Virus record (IMG/VR): IMGVR_UViG_3300005512_000002
Location: 64,001 to 128,000 of that record
Direction: 5' to 3' (one strand)
Length of the DNA stretch: 64,000 nt
Source: a virus
Lineage: Duplodnaviria > Heunggongvirae > Uroviricota > Caudoviricetes
The position numbers and the translations under genes were made by a program. Each line of letters starts with the position of its first letter. Within the stretch, counting starts at the first letter, position 1. Below, in pieces: positions 1-9,990 of the stretch. The notes beneath the pieces were generated by a model. The model saw nothing but the letters and a program-made list of their open reading frames with translations, searched no databases and was not told where the DNA came from.

Positions 1-168
1 GAGCAGGTCGTGGATCTGCAGGTCCAGACCGGCCAGCATCTTGAGGTTGGTCCCCTCCTGGCGGTGGTGCCGGCGCTGCTTGAGCCAGGTATAACACCAG
101 CGGCCCGTGACGGTGGCCATCCCGATCACAAAACCACCGACCGCCATGCCGACGCTGATGCTGTCCAT
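1..168 (-). CDS. Hypothetical membrane-anchored protein, N-terminal part only (runs off window)
   Basis: ATG at 168, open to position 1: MDSISVGMAVGGFVIGMATVTGRWCYTWLKQRR..., hydrophobic N-terminus followed by basic residues; promoter-like motif at 227-257. Confidence 0.6.
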   Translation of the reverse strand, partial: MDSISVGMAVGGFVIGMATVTGRWCYTWLKQRRHHRQEGTNLKMLAGLDLQIHDLL

Positions 169-226
169 GTTATTATCTCTCGCTTGGTGAACGTCAAAGT
201 GGGCAGCTTACACGATTCGCACGTCT

Positions 227-257
227 AATTCTACTGCTTGCGACTCCATGGATGCTC
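227..257 (-). promoter_or_regulatory. Degenerate copy of the GTGAATC-N13-GCCGTAGTATC promoter-like motif
   Basis: GAGCATC-N13-GCAGTAGAATT: 5/7 and 8/11 identity, same spacing, in AT-rich intergenic DNA. Confidence 0.4.
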
Positions 258-309
258 TTTTTTACTTCTGCGAATTGTCACTTTGCCTACAACCATCCCA
301 GGCTGACCG

Positions 310-696
310 CTATCCGACCGGCGGCGGCAGGGGCACGGGGCTGCCGGCGGCCACCTGGATCAGCCCCCAGTAGCGCGGCGACAGCAGGTAATCGACCGCC
401 CGCATCAGGGCGATCACCTGGTAGTCCTTGATCGGCGTGGGCCGGTTGCTGGGCACGCCCAGGTGCTGGCAGACTCCCTCGTACTTCGGCTCGATCAGCT
501 TTTCATCGCACCACGGACTCCAGCGGTTGACCAGGCCGAAGGCGGCGGTGGTCCCGCCGTCGGCTCCCAGGGTCGGCGGCTCCACGCCGTCGATGGCCAC
601 CCGGGTCAGGCCGGTGACCCAGTACAGGGTGAACTCCTCGGCACTCACGGCGAACGCCGGGCTCACCCCGATAGCGCCAAGCTGCAAGGTCGTCAC
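310..696 (-). CDS. Hypothetical protein (~128 aa)
   Basis: ORF track 310..816; likely GTG start at 696 after GGAG, just downstream of the stop of the 1731-aa gene. Confidence 0.6.
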   Translation of the reverse strand: MTTLQLGAIGVSPAFAVSAEEFTLYWVTGLTRVAIDGVEPPTLGADGGTTAAFGLVNRWSPWCDEKLIEPKYEGVCQHLGVPSNRPTPIKDYQVIALMRAVDYLLSPRYWGLIQVAAGSPVPLPPPVG

Positions 697-713
697 GGTC
701 TGTTCTCCAGCGG

Positions 714-3700
714 TTAGAAGTCCATGTAGGGAATCTGGGCCAGTTGCTGCTCGTACCACCACGGGACCGGATCGAGGTAGGACCCGTAGCTTTCGGCGTT
801 CTGGGCGGTCACCCATTCGCTGCGACGGTGGAACTCGTACTCCACCGGGTCATAGTCCTCAAAGAGCAGCCGGATTTTCAGGTCGCTGTCCGGAGCGATG
901 CCGTTGACGGCCATCTTGACCGAACAGGCACGCTCGGTCCCTTCCCAGGAAGCCGGCACCTCGGTCAGGTGCCCGGCGGCCCCGAAGATCTGGCCGTCGG
1001 CACCGTCGGACCAGGTCCGGTCCTCCAGGCGGGCCCGGTAGATCCGGCCCTCGCCGTTGGGCAGCAGGAAATTAAACAGCAGGAACAGTTCCTCGTTGCC
1101 CCGGTACCGGTCCAGGTAAGCGCACGGGTAACACGGGGTCCCGGTCACCGGCACGCCGTCGTCCAGAATGGTGCGCGGCACGATCTCGGTCTGGCGGGAA
1201 CTCCAGGAGATCCCGTCGTCCGAGACCACCGAGGCGATCACCCCGCTGTCCAGGTCCGAGAAGTACATCACCCAGGCACCATTCAGACGGATGACGCTGG
1301 GCGAGCCCACGCCCCCGGAAGCTGAATAGACCGCTGCCCCGCCGTTCTGCGGGGTGAACGCCAGGCCGTCCGTGCTGGTGGCATAGAAGATCTTGACGGT
1401 GCCGGCGTCCGACTTCTCGTACCACAGGTGATAGACCCCCGCCAGGTACACCACGCTGGGGTAGGCCCCCGCCCCCAGTCCGGTCAGGCTCTGCGGATCG
1501 CTGAAGCTGTCGGCGTCGGTCGAGGTCGAGCGCATCAGATACGGCAGCCCGGCGGACTGGGCCGTCAGGTACAGGTGCAAGGTTTCGTCCACCAGCGCCA
1601 GGGCCGGGCCGTAGATGGCCGTTTCCGCCCGGCTGTCCCAGCAGGCCTCGTACTCGCAGACCGTCGGCAGGGCCATGCCGCGACTCTGCACCGGACGCCA
1701 CCGGTGTGAGAAGTGCTGCTTGGCCGCGAACAGGACGTACTGGCATTTCACCGGATCGTAGAGGATCGCCGGGCGGCGGCGGTCGCCCCCGGAAGGGACC
1801 CAGGCATACTGGTTGATGGTCCCGGTGTCCGTGTCGTCCGGGGCCCGGCGGTCCGAGACGTGGTCGATGGCGGTGTAGTCGGTCCACACCGGTGTTGTGG
1901 TCGCGGTGGACACCTGGTAAGCCGTAAGGCTCATGGTCTGGACCATGGGGTGGGCCTGGGCCTCGTAGCTGATCACGGCGATGTCCTGACTGGCGTAGGG
2001 TTGAATGCCGGTGATCAGCGGCCGGGGCCGGGCGCTGACCGGCCCGACGATGGCGTTGTAGGCGCAGACTCTCCACCAGTAGTGGGTCCCGCCCCATTGG
2101 TCCTGGCCGTCGGGCAGCAGGTCGGCGTCCTGAGCGCCGGGCAACTGGTCCGGGGGCAGCTTCACGCTGCCGCCCAGGGTCACGGTGTCGCGTTGGCTGC
2201 GTCCGCTGGTTCCGCTGAACTGGTCCAGGTCCTCGTCGGACGGCTCACCGTCCCAGGGCCCGGCCTGGTCCCGGGGGTCGTCCACGGCCGGGTTCTGGCG
2301 GGCGGTGAAGTCGGGCACCTGGTGGCGGCTGACGGTCAGCCGCTGGCCGTCGCGGTTGTACAGCACCGTGCGCAGGGGCCGGCGGCGGGCCTGGGACGCG
2401 AAGCTCAACGCCGGGTCAAGCTCCAGCCTGTAGTAGACGGCCTCCAGGGGCGTGCGGTCCTGGGGATCGAGATAGCCGTCGTCGTCGTAGATCCCGTTCG
2501 GGCCCTCGGGCACCGCCTGCACGCGGAATCGCCAGTAGCGGGTCACGTCGATGCCCGACGGGCTGACGTTGTTGTACTGGTTGACCAGCGGGTGGGTGAT
2601 GACCGTTTCGCTGACATGCCCGCTGGCGTCCACCTGGAAATGCTGTTCGGCGTAGTAGCCCTGGTCAATCAGGTCCTTGCGGCAGGCCACCTCGCCGGCG
2701 AAGATGGCCGCGTGGGCCTCGGGCAGGTCATGGTTGACCAGGTCGTCGATGGCGAAGTTGACGCGGGCCAGGCTCTGCCCGTGGGTCTGGTCGCCGGCGT
2801 AGGTTTGATCGAGCCAGAGGGCATAGCCCGAAGCGTCGATCACCTGGCCCTGATCGTCCACCAGGCCGTAGTACCCGCTGGGATACAGCGGATCATCCGA
2901 ATGGTTGCGGACCCGTTCGCGCTCCAGTTCCAGCAATCGCAATTGGCCGGGCGTGTAAACCGGCTCGCCCAGCTTGACCCACCGGTCAGAATCCGCGTCC
3001 CAGGCGAACGAATCTGTCCGGCCCAGGATGGCCTGCACCTTGGCCTCGGCCGGGTCGGTCACCGGGTTGGTCGGCGCGTACCACTTGAAGAACGGCAAAG
3101 TCAGGCGCTCGGCCCAGCCCACGGGCAGGCACTCGATCTTGACGCGGTACTGATCGCCGGCGGCCAGGGCGTAGTTCACCGTATCCCAATAGAGGGTGTG
3201 GGTGTTGCTGCCGGGGGTGCTCGACAGGTAGCTGGTCTGGCCGCTGATGTCACCCGCGCTGATCGACCGCCAGGTGATCCCGTCGTCGGACGAGTACCAG
3301 TAGCGGGTCAGCGTATAGCGCTCGGCCTGGGTATCGTCCAGGCGGAACGCGATGGTGACCCGCTTGCTCCACGGCTCGTAATCCAGACTGGTCACGCTCA
3401 CCGGGTTGGGCGTGTCCGCGAGGATCTGGAAGTCACCCGAGTAGGCCCAGTCCGAGAAGCTATGGCTGAGCACGTCGTACTGCCGCACCCGCAGCTTGTA
3501 GCGGCCCCCGGCGGGGAACAGGGCACGGGAACTGGTGTTCCAATAGGCGTAGAAGGTGAGTGGCGGCACCAGGTATCGCCGGGCCGCAGCGTCATAGACC
3601 ATGTTGTCCCCGAGCACGTCGGACCAGGCGCCCAGCGTGCCGCCCTCTGTGTACCGCGCCACCTGCAGGTGGTACATGCTGGTCTGGCTCCCGGTGGCTC

Positions 3701-5909
3701 GAAAGTGGACGGTGTTGTAGGCGTCCCACCAGGCTTGCAGGAACCTGAACGACAGCGGGTAGGCCTGATAAATGCGGCCGATCTGGCCGCCCACCAGCAC
3801 GTTCCAGGCCTGCGGAGGCTGCGGCCGATTCGCGTGTCCCGGGTGACTGTCGGGATCGACGCCCCAGAAAAACGAATCACGCAGAGGTCCATGCTCGCCG
3901 CTGACCGGTTTGCCCGGCCCGTCGTCGTAAGCGGTGGGCAAGGTGATCTGACCGTCGGTCGGATATCCCTGGGCCGCGTCGGTGGCGTCCGGGAAGACGC
4001 CCAGGTAGCCGGCCACCGCCCAGGCTGTCTCCCCGGACGTTTGCTGCGGGGGTGGCGGCAGGTAGACCGGCAGGCCGCTCAAATCCTCGCCGTCGAGCAG
4101 CCAGTCCAGGCCCAGGTGCGACAGCCGGTACCAGACCGGCCGGAGGTAGGCGGACATCCTGGCTCTGCCATGGGCCATTTCCGGGGGCTGGCCGTGGTCG
4201 AACCCATCCAGGCAGTCCGGGTTGGAGCAGGCCGTGCGGGTATAGCCATGGCCGTCGGCCACCGGCACCCAGTGACGACCTGCGCAGATCGAACAGACGG
4301 GGTACTCGCTGCGCCCGAGATGGGCCAGTTGCACCCAGGCGTCGCCGGTCACATAGACCTCCCGCCCCGCGTGCCAGTCCGGCCGGGCATCCCAGTCGTA
4401 GCCGTCCGGGTAGTGGACCACGTTGCCGTTGAAGTCCAGGTAGCCACTGAGCATGCTGACCCGGGTCATCTCGCGGCTGTTAAATGGCCGAGGCCAGGCG
4501 TCGGTTTGCCCGTGGTAGTCGATGGGCGACGTGAACAGCCACCGATTGGCGGTGGCATGCGGATTGAGCTGGCCCCCGCCCGAGGGAAAGCTCACCGTCG
4601 TGTAGCCGGCCAGCAACGCACTGCGGGTATTGGCATCCCAGCACCCCTTGATGACACTGTTCCACCCCCGGAAGCCTCCCCCGCCGGCATCGTCCGCGTC
4701 GTTACGCGATTCCAGTGGCGCGATCATGGCCGCCTGCGGCCAGAGGTACGGTCCGGCGTACACCGGATATTCGGCTTCCTGCCACTGGAACTGCCTGACG
4801 CCCAGCACCCCATCGGCCGGCTGGACCTGCACCAGGTCGCTGCTCGGGCGCCGGGCCAGATGGGCCACGATCGGATAGCTCAGGGCATTGGCTCCGAAGC
4901 CGCCCCCGGGATCGGGCACCTGGGTATTGTCAAGGGTGATCGGTCCATAGAACGCCTCCGGTCCGCCGAATTGCCGGTTGTAGGCCGTGGCATACAGCAC
5001 CACATCGTTGACCACGTCGTCGTCGGGGAAGCTGCGCCGGGTGCGCCACAGCAGGTAGCGGGTGCCGGTGGGCACCACCAGCGGACTGTCGGTGAACGAC
5101 AGGGGCTGGCGGTCCTCGTCGGTGGGCACCTCGTAGCTGAGGCTGACGAACACCTGATCGGAATCGGGGTCCTCGATGTAGAGGGTGATCAGGTGATCCC
5201 CATCATCGGTGTTCAGATCCGTCACGTCGAGGATGGTGACCGTGGGCGGCACGTCCAGGTAGTTGCTGAAGCAGTGCACACGCGACCAGGCACCGAAATC
5301 CAGCGAGTCCGATTGCCGCACGCGGTAGAAGTAGGTCCTGTCCAGTCCCGGCACGAAATCCTCGACCGGTACCGGGTGCACCACGGTCGCCCCCTGGAAC
5401 TGGGACAGGTCGTCGATCTCGTAGACCAGGTTGGCAAACAGCGGATCGCGGGCGATCTGCAGGTGAAACAGTCGGCCGCCGGGTGATGGCAGGGCGTCCG
5501 GATTGGTGCCCGCGTGCCAGGTGACGGTGACCTGTCCGCTGTTGTACAGCCGTTCCAGGATCGGGTCGTAGACGAAGTAAGCCGGTTCGCTGACCCACTC
5601 CATCTCGCCGCTGGAGACCTGCGACAGGGCCACGCTGACCGTGCACAAGCCGGCGAAATTGTTGTTCAGGCCCACCCCGAAGGGGAACTGGAACTGGCGA
5701 TCGCTGGTGGTCTGGATGCCGCTGGTGGTGTAGGCCCAGCCACCCGGCTCGGCGCTGGCGACCCGCACGTTGAAGCGTCGTTGGGTGAAACCGGCGGGCA
5801 GTTGCCAGGCCACGTAAGGGTGGGCGTTGTCCGTACCCCGGGTGTTGGCGCTGGCGTCGGCCGCGCTGGTGCCGAGCAAGATGGTCACACCGGGGAGTGT
5901 CTGGGCCAT
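714..5909 (-). CDS. Large virion/tail-tip protein (1731 aa) with Ig/FN3-like modules, a CxxC motif pair and a C-terminal beta-propeller-like domain
   Basis: Repeated blade motifs GPALALVDETLHLY / PSVVYLAGVYHLWY / PSVIRLNGAWVMYF as in GH32/GH43-type propellers; structural operon context. Confidence 0.65.
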   Translation of the reverse strand: MAQTLPGVTILLGTSAADASANTRGTDNAHPYVAWQLPAGFTQRRFNVRVASAEPGGWAYTTSGIQTTSDRQFQFPFGVGLNNNFAGLCTVSVALSQVSSGEMEWVSEPAYFVYDPILERLYNSGQVTVTWHAGTNPDALPSPGGRLFHLQIARDPLFANLVYEIDDLSQFQGATVVHPVPVEDFVPGLDRTYFYRVRQSDSLDFGAWSRVHCFSNYLDVPPTVTILDVTDLNTDDGDHLITLYIEDPDSDQVFVSLSYEVPTDEDRQPLSFTDSPLVVPTGTRYLLWRTRRSFPDDDVVNDVVLYATAYNRQFGGPEAFYGPITLDNTQVPDPGGGFGANALSYPIVAHLARRPSSDLVQVQPADGVLGVRQFQWQEAEYPVYAGPYLWPQAAMIAPLESRNDADDAGGGGFRGWNSVIKGCWDANTRSALLAGYTTVSFPSGGGQLNPHATANRWLFTSPIDYHGQTDAWPRPFNSREMTRVSMLSGYLDFNGNVVHYPDGYDWDARPDWHAGREVYVTGDAWVQLAHLGRSEYPVCSICAGRHWVPVADGHGYTRTACSNPDCLDGFDHGQPPEMAHGRARMSAYLRPVWYRLSHLGLDWLLDGEDLSGLPVYLPPPPQQTSGETAWAVAGYLGVFPDATDAAQGYPTDGQITLPTAYDDGPGKPVSGEHGPLRDSFFWGVDPDSHPGHANRPQPPQAWNVLVGGQIGRIYQAYPLSFRFLQAWWDAYNTVHFRATGSQTSMYHLQVARYTEGGTLGAWSDVLGDNMVYDAAARRYLVPPLTFYAYWNTSSRALFPAGGRYKLRVRQYDVLSHSFSDWAYSGDFQILADTPNPVSVTSLDYEPWSKRVTIAFRLDDTQAERYTLTRYWYSSDDGITWRSISAGDISGQTSYLSSTPGSNTHTLYWDTVNYALAAGDQYRVKIECLPVGWAERLTLPFFKWYAPTNPVTDPAEAKVQAILGRTDSFAWDADSDRWVKLGEPVYTPGQLRLLELERERVRNHSDDPLYPSGYYGLVDDQGQVIDASGYALWLDQTYAGDQTHGQSLARVNFAIDDLVNHDLPEAHAAIFAGEVACRKDLIDQGYYAEQHFQVDASGHVSETVITHPLVNQYNNVSPSGIDVTRYWRFRVQAVPEGPNGIYDDDGYLDPQDRTPLEAVYYRLELDPALSFASQARRRPLRTVLYNRDGQRLTVSRHQVPDFTARQNPAVDDPRDQAGPWDGEPSDEDLDQFSGTSGRSQRDTVTLGGSVKLPPDQLPGAQDADLLPDGQDQWGGTHYWWRVCAYNAIVGPVSARPRPLITGIQPYASQDIAVISYEAQAHPMVQTMSLTAYQVSTATTTPVWTDYTAIDHVSDRRAPDDTDTGTINQYAWVPSGGDRRRPAILYDPVKCQYVLFAAKQHFSHRWRPVQSRGMALPTVCEYEACWDSRAETAIYGPALALVDETLHLYLTAQSAGLPYLMRSTSTDADSFSDPQSLTGLGAGAYPSVVYLAGVYHLWYEKSDAGTVKIFYATSTDGLAFTPQNGGAAVYSASGGVGSPSVIRLNGAWVMYFSDLDSGVIASVVSDDGISWSSRQTEIVPRTILDDGVPVTGTPCYPCAYLDRYRGNEELFLLFNFLLPNGEGRIYRARLEDRTWSDGADGQIFGAAGHLTEVPASWEGTERACSVKMAVNGIAPDSDLKIRLLFEDYDPVEYEFHRRSEWVTAQNAESYGSYLDPVPWWYEQQLAQIPYMDF

Positions 5910-5915
5910 GGGGCA

Positions 5916-5937
5916 CTTCCGGGGGAACTTCCGGGGG
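5916..5937. repeat. Two tandem CTTCCGGGGG units just upstream of the 5909 start codon
   Basis: cttccggggg-aa-cttccggggg. Confidence 0.9.
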
Positions 5938-5948
5938 CGGGGGCGGGT

Positions 5949-8810
5949 TCAGGTGATTAGCTGGGCGTAATACTTGCCGGTGATCTCGACGCTGCACCGT
6001 TTCTCACCGGCACTGGTGCTCGGATAGCTGGAGCCCGAGGTCCCGCCCAGCACCCAGACGGCCCGCCCGAAGACCCGACTGCGGGCCGCGATATCCCCAT
6101 AGGTCGCATCCGCCCACGTCGAGAGCACGGTGCGGGCATCGGTTTTGCTCATCGACCGGGTCCACAGGAAGTTCTCCTGGATGTGCATGGCCATCTTGTT
6201 GTAGGTTTCGGCGGCCGTGCCCCGCTGGATGTCCCACGGGCGATTCAGGTCCAGCACCTGGTCCACCACATCCCCACCGGTGAGCACCACCTCGCCGTCG
6301 TTGTTGGTGTCGTAGCCCCGGGCCACGAAGTCCACCTTGGCGTCTTCCAGGGCGGCGTCCCCCTCGTTGACGATCTTCACGTCGGTGTAGGTGTAGTCGG
6401 GGAACTGCGGCGTGTCGTCGGCGACCACGATGGCATCCCGCCAGGCCAGGTCGCCATAGCCGTCGTTGCTCAGGCGCTTGTAGGTGTGATGCTGGTAGTC
6501 GGCGAACAGCCGCTGGCCGCTGGGTGGCACCGCGTCGGCGTCCAGTTCCAGCAGGCCCTTGTCCTTGTCCCAGGTGTAGCCGGTGGACATGCGACCGTAG
6601 CCGCTGGTCTCGTAGATCTCCAGCTTTTCGGCGTCGGTCGGGGTGAGGCTGGACCCGGCCAGGTTCTGCACGTAGACGTAGGCGTCCGCGTAGTCCAGGA
6701 AGTCGTCCTGGCCGGCCAGCCAGAGCGTGCCGCTGGGCGGGCTGCCGTCTTCCCACTGGTGGTAGGAGTAGTCGGCCGTGATCACCGGGCTGGCCCCGCT
6801 GGGCGGGGAACTGAAGGTCACCGTCCCCGCGTCGTAGTCGATGGTGACCGGCTGGGTGAGCCAGTCGTAGATCATTCGCTTGGTGGTGGCGTCGGCCGCC
6901 CCGGCGGCCGTGCCCAGGGAACTGTGCTTGTGAATCCACAGTTCGCCATGGGTCGCGTCGATGTGGTAGTTGATCCAGGTGCGGTCGTAGGCCGGCGAAC
7001 TCTTGAGCTTGAAGCCCGAGCCCGTCCCGGCCGCGTCGGTGTACAGCACCAGGACCACCTTGTTCACGCCCCTGATCCAGTCGGTGTTGAAGCCGCCCTG
7101 GGCGTTGGAGTTCATGCGGGCCCCGCTGGTCAGGTCCATGACGTTGGTGCCCTGGCCGGTGAAGGCATAAAGTTCCGAGAGCAGGGTCGAATCGCTCAAC
7201 TCCCAGCTTGTTTCGCCCTGGTCGTCGATGGTCTGGGTCAGGGCCCCGGCGGCGTCCGCGTTGTAGACCGCCAGCACGTCGCCGGTGTACGGCGCCGCCG
7301 TGTTGTACGGCGGTCCGTAGGCGTCGGAATTGAGGTCGCAGGATTCAAACTCCAGGCGATAGTTCCCGTAGCCGGTGGTGTCGATGACCCAGTACACCAG
7401 GCTGGCGGCACTGCTGGAAAGCATGTGCCCGTAGTCCTTGGTGCCGTCCTCGGTCCAGTCAGTGGTGATGGCCCGGCCCTCGTCGTCCAGGGTGACCTGC
7501 CCGCCGGCCACCAGCACCGCGTCGTGGTCGCTGTCCGACACGTTGTTCATGGCGATGGCCGCGTCTTCGTCCAGGTCGCCATTGGCGTCGGTGGGGTAGC
7601 TGTGCGAGGTCGGGTAGAAGATGTCGTCCCACAGCCGGATCGGGTCGTCGGTGATCGTCTGCGTCCGGGGGATGGTGACCTCGGCCCCGCCGGCGGTGAC
7701 CTCCCGCAACAGGGGCTGGTAGGTGGCGCTTTCCACGCGCAGCGGGCTGTAGGTGGCCTGGTAGATGCGGGTGTTCAGGCGGATCTCCCCGGCCCCCACC
7801 GTCTGGTTGCTGGCCGCGTCCAGGAAGGTGACGCTGACCGTCACCGTGGCGTCGCAGTTGTAGTCGTCGCTCTCGGGCGACGAGGGGTTGGTGGTGAGAT
7901 AGACCGTGGGGGTGTTGGTGTCGCTGTTGAGATTGTAGATGACGTTGATGTTGGCCCGCTGCTCCACGTCGGAAGTCGCCTCGATGCGGTAGCGCAGCGG
8001 GATGTCGCTGTCGGCCGAAAGCTGCAGGGTCACGGAGCGGTCCGGGCTGAACGATCCGTCACCGGCGATGGCGATGCCGGTGTAGTCGCCCGAGCCGGTC
8101 GAGCCGACGATGCCCACGGCGCAGTTCTGCGGGGCCTGCTTCTGCAGCCAGGTGGTCACGCTGCCGGTGGCCGAGCCGTTGTAGAACTCATCGTAGATCT
8201 TGAGGTAGAGGGTCTGCTGCCCGTCGGCGGTTCCCGCCGGGAACGCGAAGGTGACCGAGCCCGACCCGTAGGCGTGGAACGTGGCCGACGAAGCTGTGTC
8301 AAGCTGTGACACCGACAGGTTGGCCCGGAACCAGGTGGGCGTACCGGGCGGTGACGCGCCGTCGTGGCCCGACAGGCTGATCGGGGCCGCCGATGCCAGG
8401 GCGTTGCCGATGTACGCGCTCATGGTGGCGCTGCTGAGCACGGGCAGCAGGCTCTTGAGACTGAAGGCGTTGGAGGTGGAGGTGCCGGTCTGCTCCGAAG
8501 CGTCCGTGGCGGTCACCCGCACCTTGCAGCAGTTGCTGTAATCGCCCCGGGCCGGGAACCCGGCCTGGGCAAACGTCAGGTTCACGTCGATGGCCACTTG
8601 CCGGTCGGAGCCCTGGGCCACGGCGATCCCGTCGTACTCGCTGTGCAGGATGGCATCGTACCAGTTCGAGCCGTTGTCCACGGACAACTCCACCGTCAGG
8701 TCGCAGGCTCCGTCGGCGGTAAAGGTGACCTCGATCTCGACGATGGACTCGGTCAGCCAATCGCCGGTGCCCTGGGCCACGGTCAATCCGGTAATGTTGG
8801 GTGCGGCCAT
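5949..8810 (-). CDS. Virion structural protein (~953 aa) with a CUB-like domain
   Basis: ORF 5949..8840, likely start MAAPNITG at 8810; T/S/G/D-rich beta composition; YRLEFESCDL...GDVLAVY...VVLVLYTDAAGTGSGFKL resembles CUB. Confidence 0.65.
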   Translation of the reverse strand: MAAPNITGLTVAQGTGDWLTESIVEIEVTFTADGACDLTVELSVDNGSNWYDAILHSEYDGIAVAQGSDRQVAIDVNLTFAQAGFPARGDYSNCCKVRVTATDASEQTGTSTSNAFSLKSLLPVLSSATMSAYIGNALASAAPISLSGHDGASPPGTPTWFRANLSVSQLDTASSATFHAYGSGSVTFAFPAGTADGQQTLYLKIYDEFYNGSATGSVTTWLQKQAPQNCAVGIVGSTGSGDYTGIAIAGDGSFSPDRSVTLQLSADSDIPLRYRIEATSDVEQRANINVIYNLNSDTNTPTVYLTTNPSSPESDDYNCDATVTVSVTFLDAASNQTVGAGEIRLNTRIYQATYSPLRVESATYQPLLREVTAGGAEVTIPRTQTITDDPIRLWDDIFYPTSHSYPTDANGDLDEDAAIAMNNVSDSDHDAVLVAGGQVTLDDEGRAITTDWTEDGTKDYGHMLSSSAASLVYWVIDTTGYGNYRLEFESCDLNSDAYGPPYNTAAPYTGDVLAVYNADAAGALTQTIDDQGETSWELSDSTLLSELYAFTGQGTNVMDLTSGARMNSNAQGGFNTDWIRGVNKVVLVLYTDAAGTGSGFKLKSSPAYDRTWINYHIDATHGELWIHKHSSLGTAAGAADATTKRMIYDWLTQPVTIDYDAGTVTFSSPPSGASPVITADYSYHQWEDGSPPSGTLWLAGQDDFLDYADAYVYVQNLAGSSLTPTDAEKLEIYETSGYGRMSTGYTWDKDKGLLELDADAVPPSGQRLFADYQHHTYKRLSNDGYGDLAWRDAIVVADDTPQFPDYTYTDVKIVNEGDAALEDAKVDFVARGYDTNNDGEVVLTGGDVVDQVLDLNRPWDIQRGTAAETYNKMAMHIQENFLWTRSMSKTDARTVLSTWADATYGDIAARSRVFGRAVWVLGGTSGSSYPSTSAGEKRCSVEITGKYYAQLIT

Positions 8811-8882
8811 GTTGCTTTCTCCCCCCCGGAAGCTATCCATCGGGAATCAGGTTGTGCACAAACGTACCAAACAGGACGGGTC

Positions 8883-9977
8883 TTACGCCTCGGTCTTGAC
8901 GGTCAACTGGTCGTAGGGAGACACGGTCTGGGTTCCGGGCACCTCGACGCCGTCCACGTACACGTTCAGGGGCCGGTCATCGTGGTCCTGCTGGACCCAT
9001 CGCTTGCCGTGGCTGGCGGGGTAGGCGGTCTCCGTGTCGGCCTGGAAGGCCAGGCCGCTGGCCCCCACCACCTCATCGAGCTTCTGGCCGGTGACGTTGC
9101 CCACGTCCACCAGGTAGGCGTAGTTGGCCCGAACCGGGTCGGCCGCCGAATCCACCGCGCTGGCGAAGCTGATCAGCCCGTCACGGGCATTGAGCGAATA
9201 GGCATCGGGATCGACGAAGCTGGGGATCTCACCCGGCTCGTAGGGCACCCCGTCAATTTCCGAGGCATCGCCGGGGTAGTCCTCGGTGCCCACGAACACG
9301 TCCGGGCGCATCTGGTAATGATCGCTCACCCAGTTGTTGTGGTCGCCGCAGAAGTATCGGCTTTCGTCCTGGGTGTAAGCGTAGGTTGCCCGCACACTGG
9401 AAGCCGGCACGGTGGTTGCGTAGCTGTGGTTGACATCCAGGGAGGCCAGGGCCACCGGGTCGTAGTTGACCGACACCAGCACCTGGTTGAAGCTGTCGTT
9501 GGCCCCCTCATAGATGCGGCTGGAAGCCAGGGCCCAGGTGGTGTAGCCGCCCCCGGAATCCTGCAGGTAGAAGCTGGCGGTCGCTCCCGAAGGATACGGG
9601 GCCTGGAACACCAGCCCGTCGTCGCCGATGGACCACAGCGACTCGTCGATAAGCTGGCTGGCCCCGTCGTAGACCCGGATGCCCAGGTACCCCACCGCGT
9701 GCAGCACGTCGTCCCAGTCGTACCCGTCAGGCGTCTGGGTCTGCCCCGACGGGGGCACCAGGTCCACGTCGGTCTGCCGGCCCGAGCCCAGGTCCACCGG
9801 CTCCAGGGCCACCAGGTTCTGGGGCACGATGCCGGTCAGCAGCACGGCCTCGCCGGGAAGCTGGGACCGGTCGGCCACCGGCAGCAGTTCGTCGTTGGCC
9901 AGGGTCTGCAGATCGCTGTCGGCGTCTTCGCTGTAGCCGGCCGGAAGCTGGTACATTTTGATCTTCGGTGCACCCAT
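8883..9977 (-). CDS. Virion structural protein (364 aa)
   Basis: Continuous ORF in structural operon; YSLNARDGLISF...VRANYAY module shared with neighbouring proteins. Confidence 0.65.
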   Translation of the reverse strand: MGAPKIKMYQLPAGYSEDADSDLQTLANDELLPVADRSQLPGEAVLLTGIVPQNLVALEPVDLGSGRQTDVDLVPPSGQTQTPDGYDWDDVLHAVGYLGIRVYDGASQLIDESLWSIGDDGLVFQAPYPSGATASFYLQDSGGGYTTWALASSRIYEGANDSFNQVLVSVNYDPVALASLDVNHSYATTVPASSVRATYAYTQDESRYFCGDHNNWVSDHYQMRPDVFVGTEDYPGDASEIDGVPYEPGEIPSFVDPDAYSLNARDGLISFASAVDSAADPVRANYAYLVDVGNVTGQKLDEVVGASGLAFQADTETAYPASHGKRWVQQDHDDRPLNVYVDGVEVPGTQTVSPYDQLTVKTEA

Positions 9978-9990
9978 GATGGTTCTCCAC

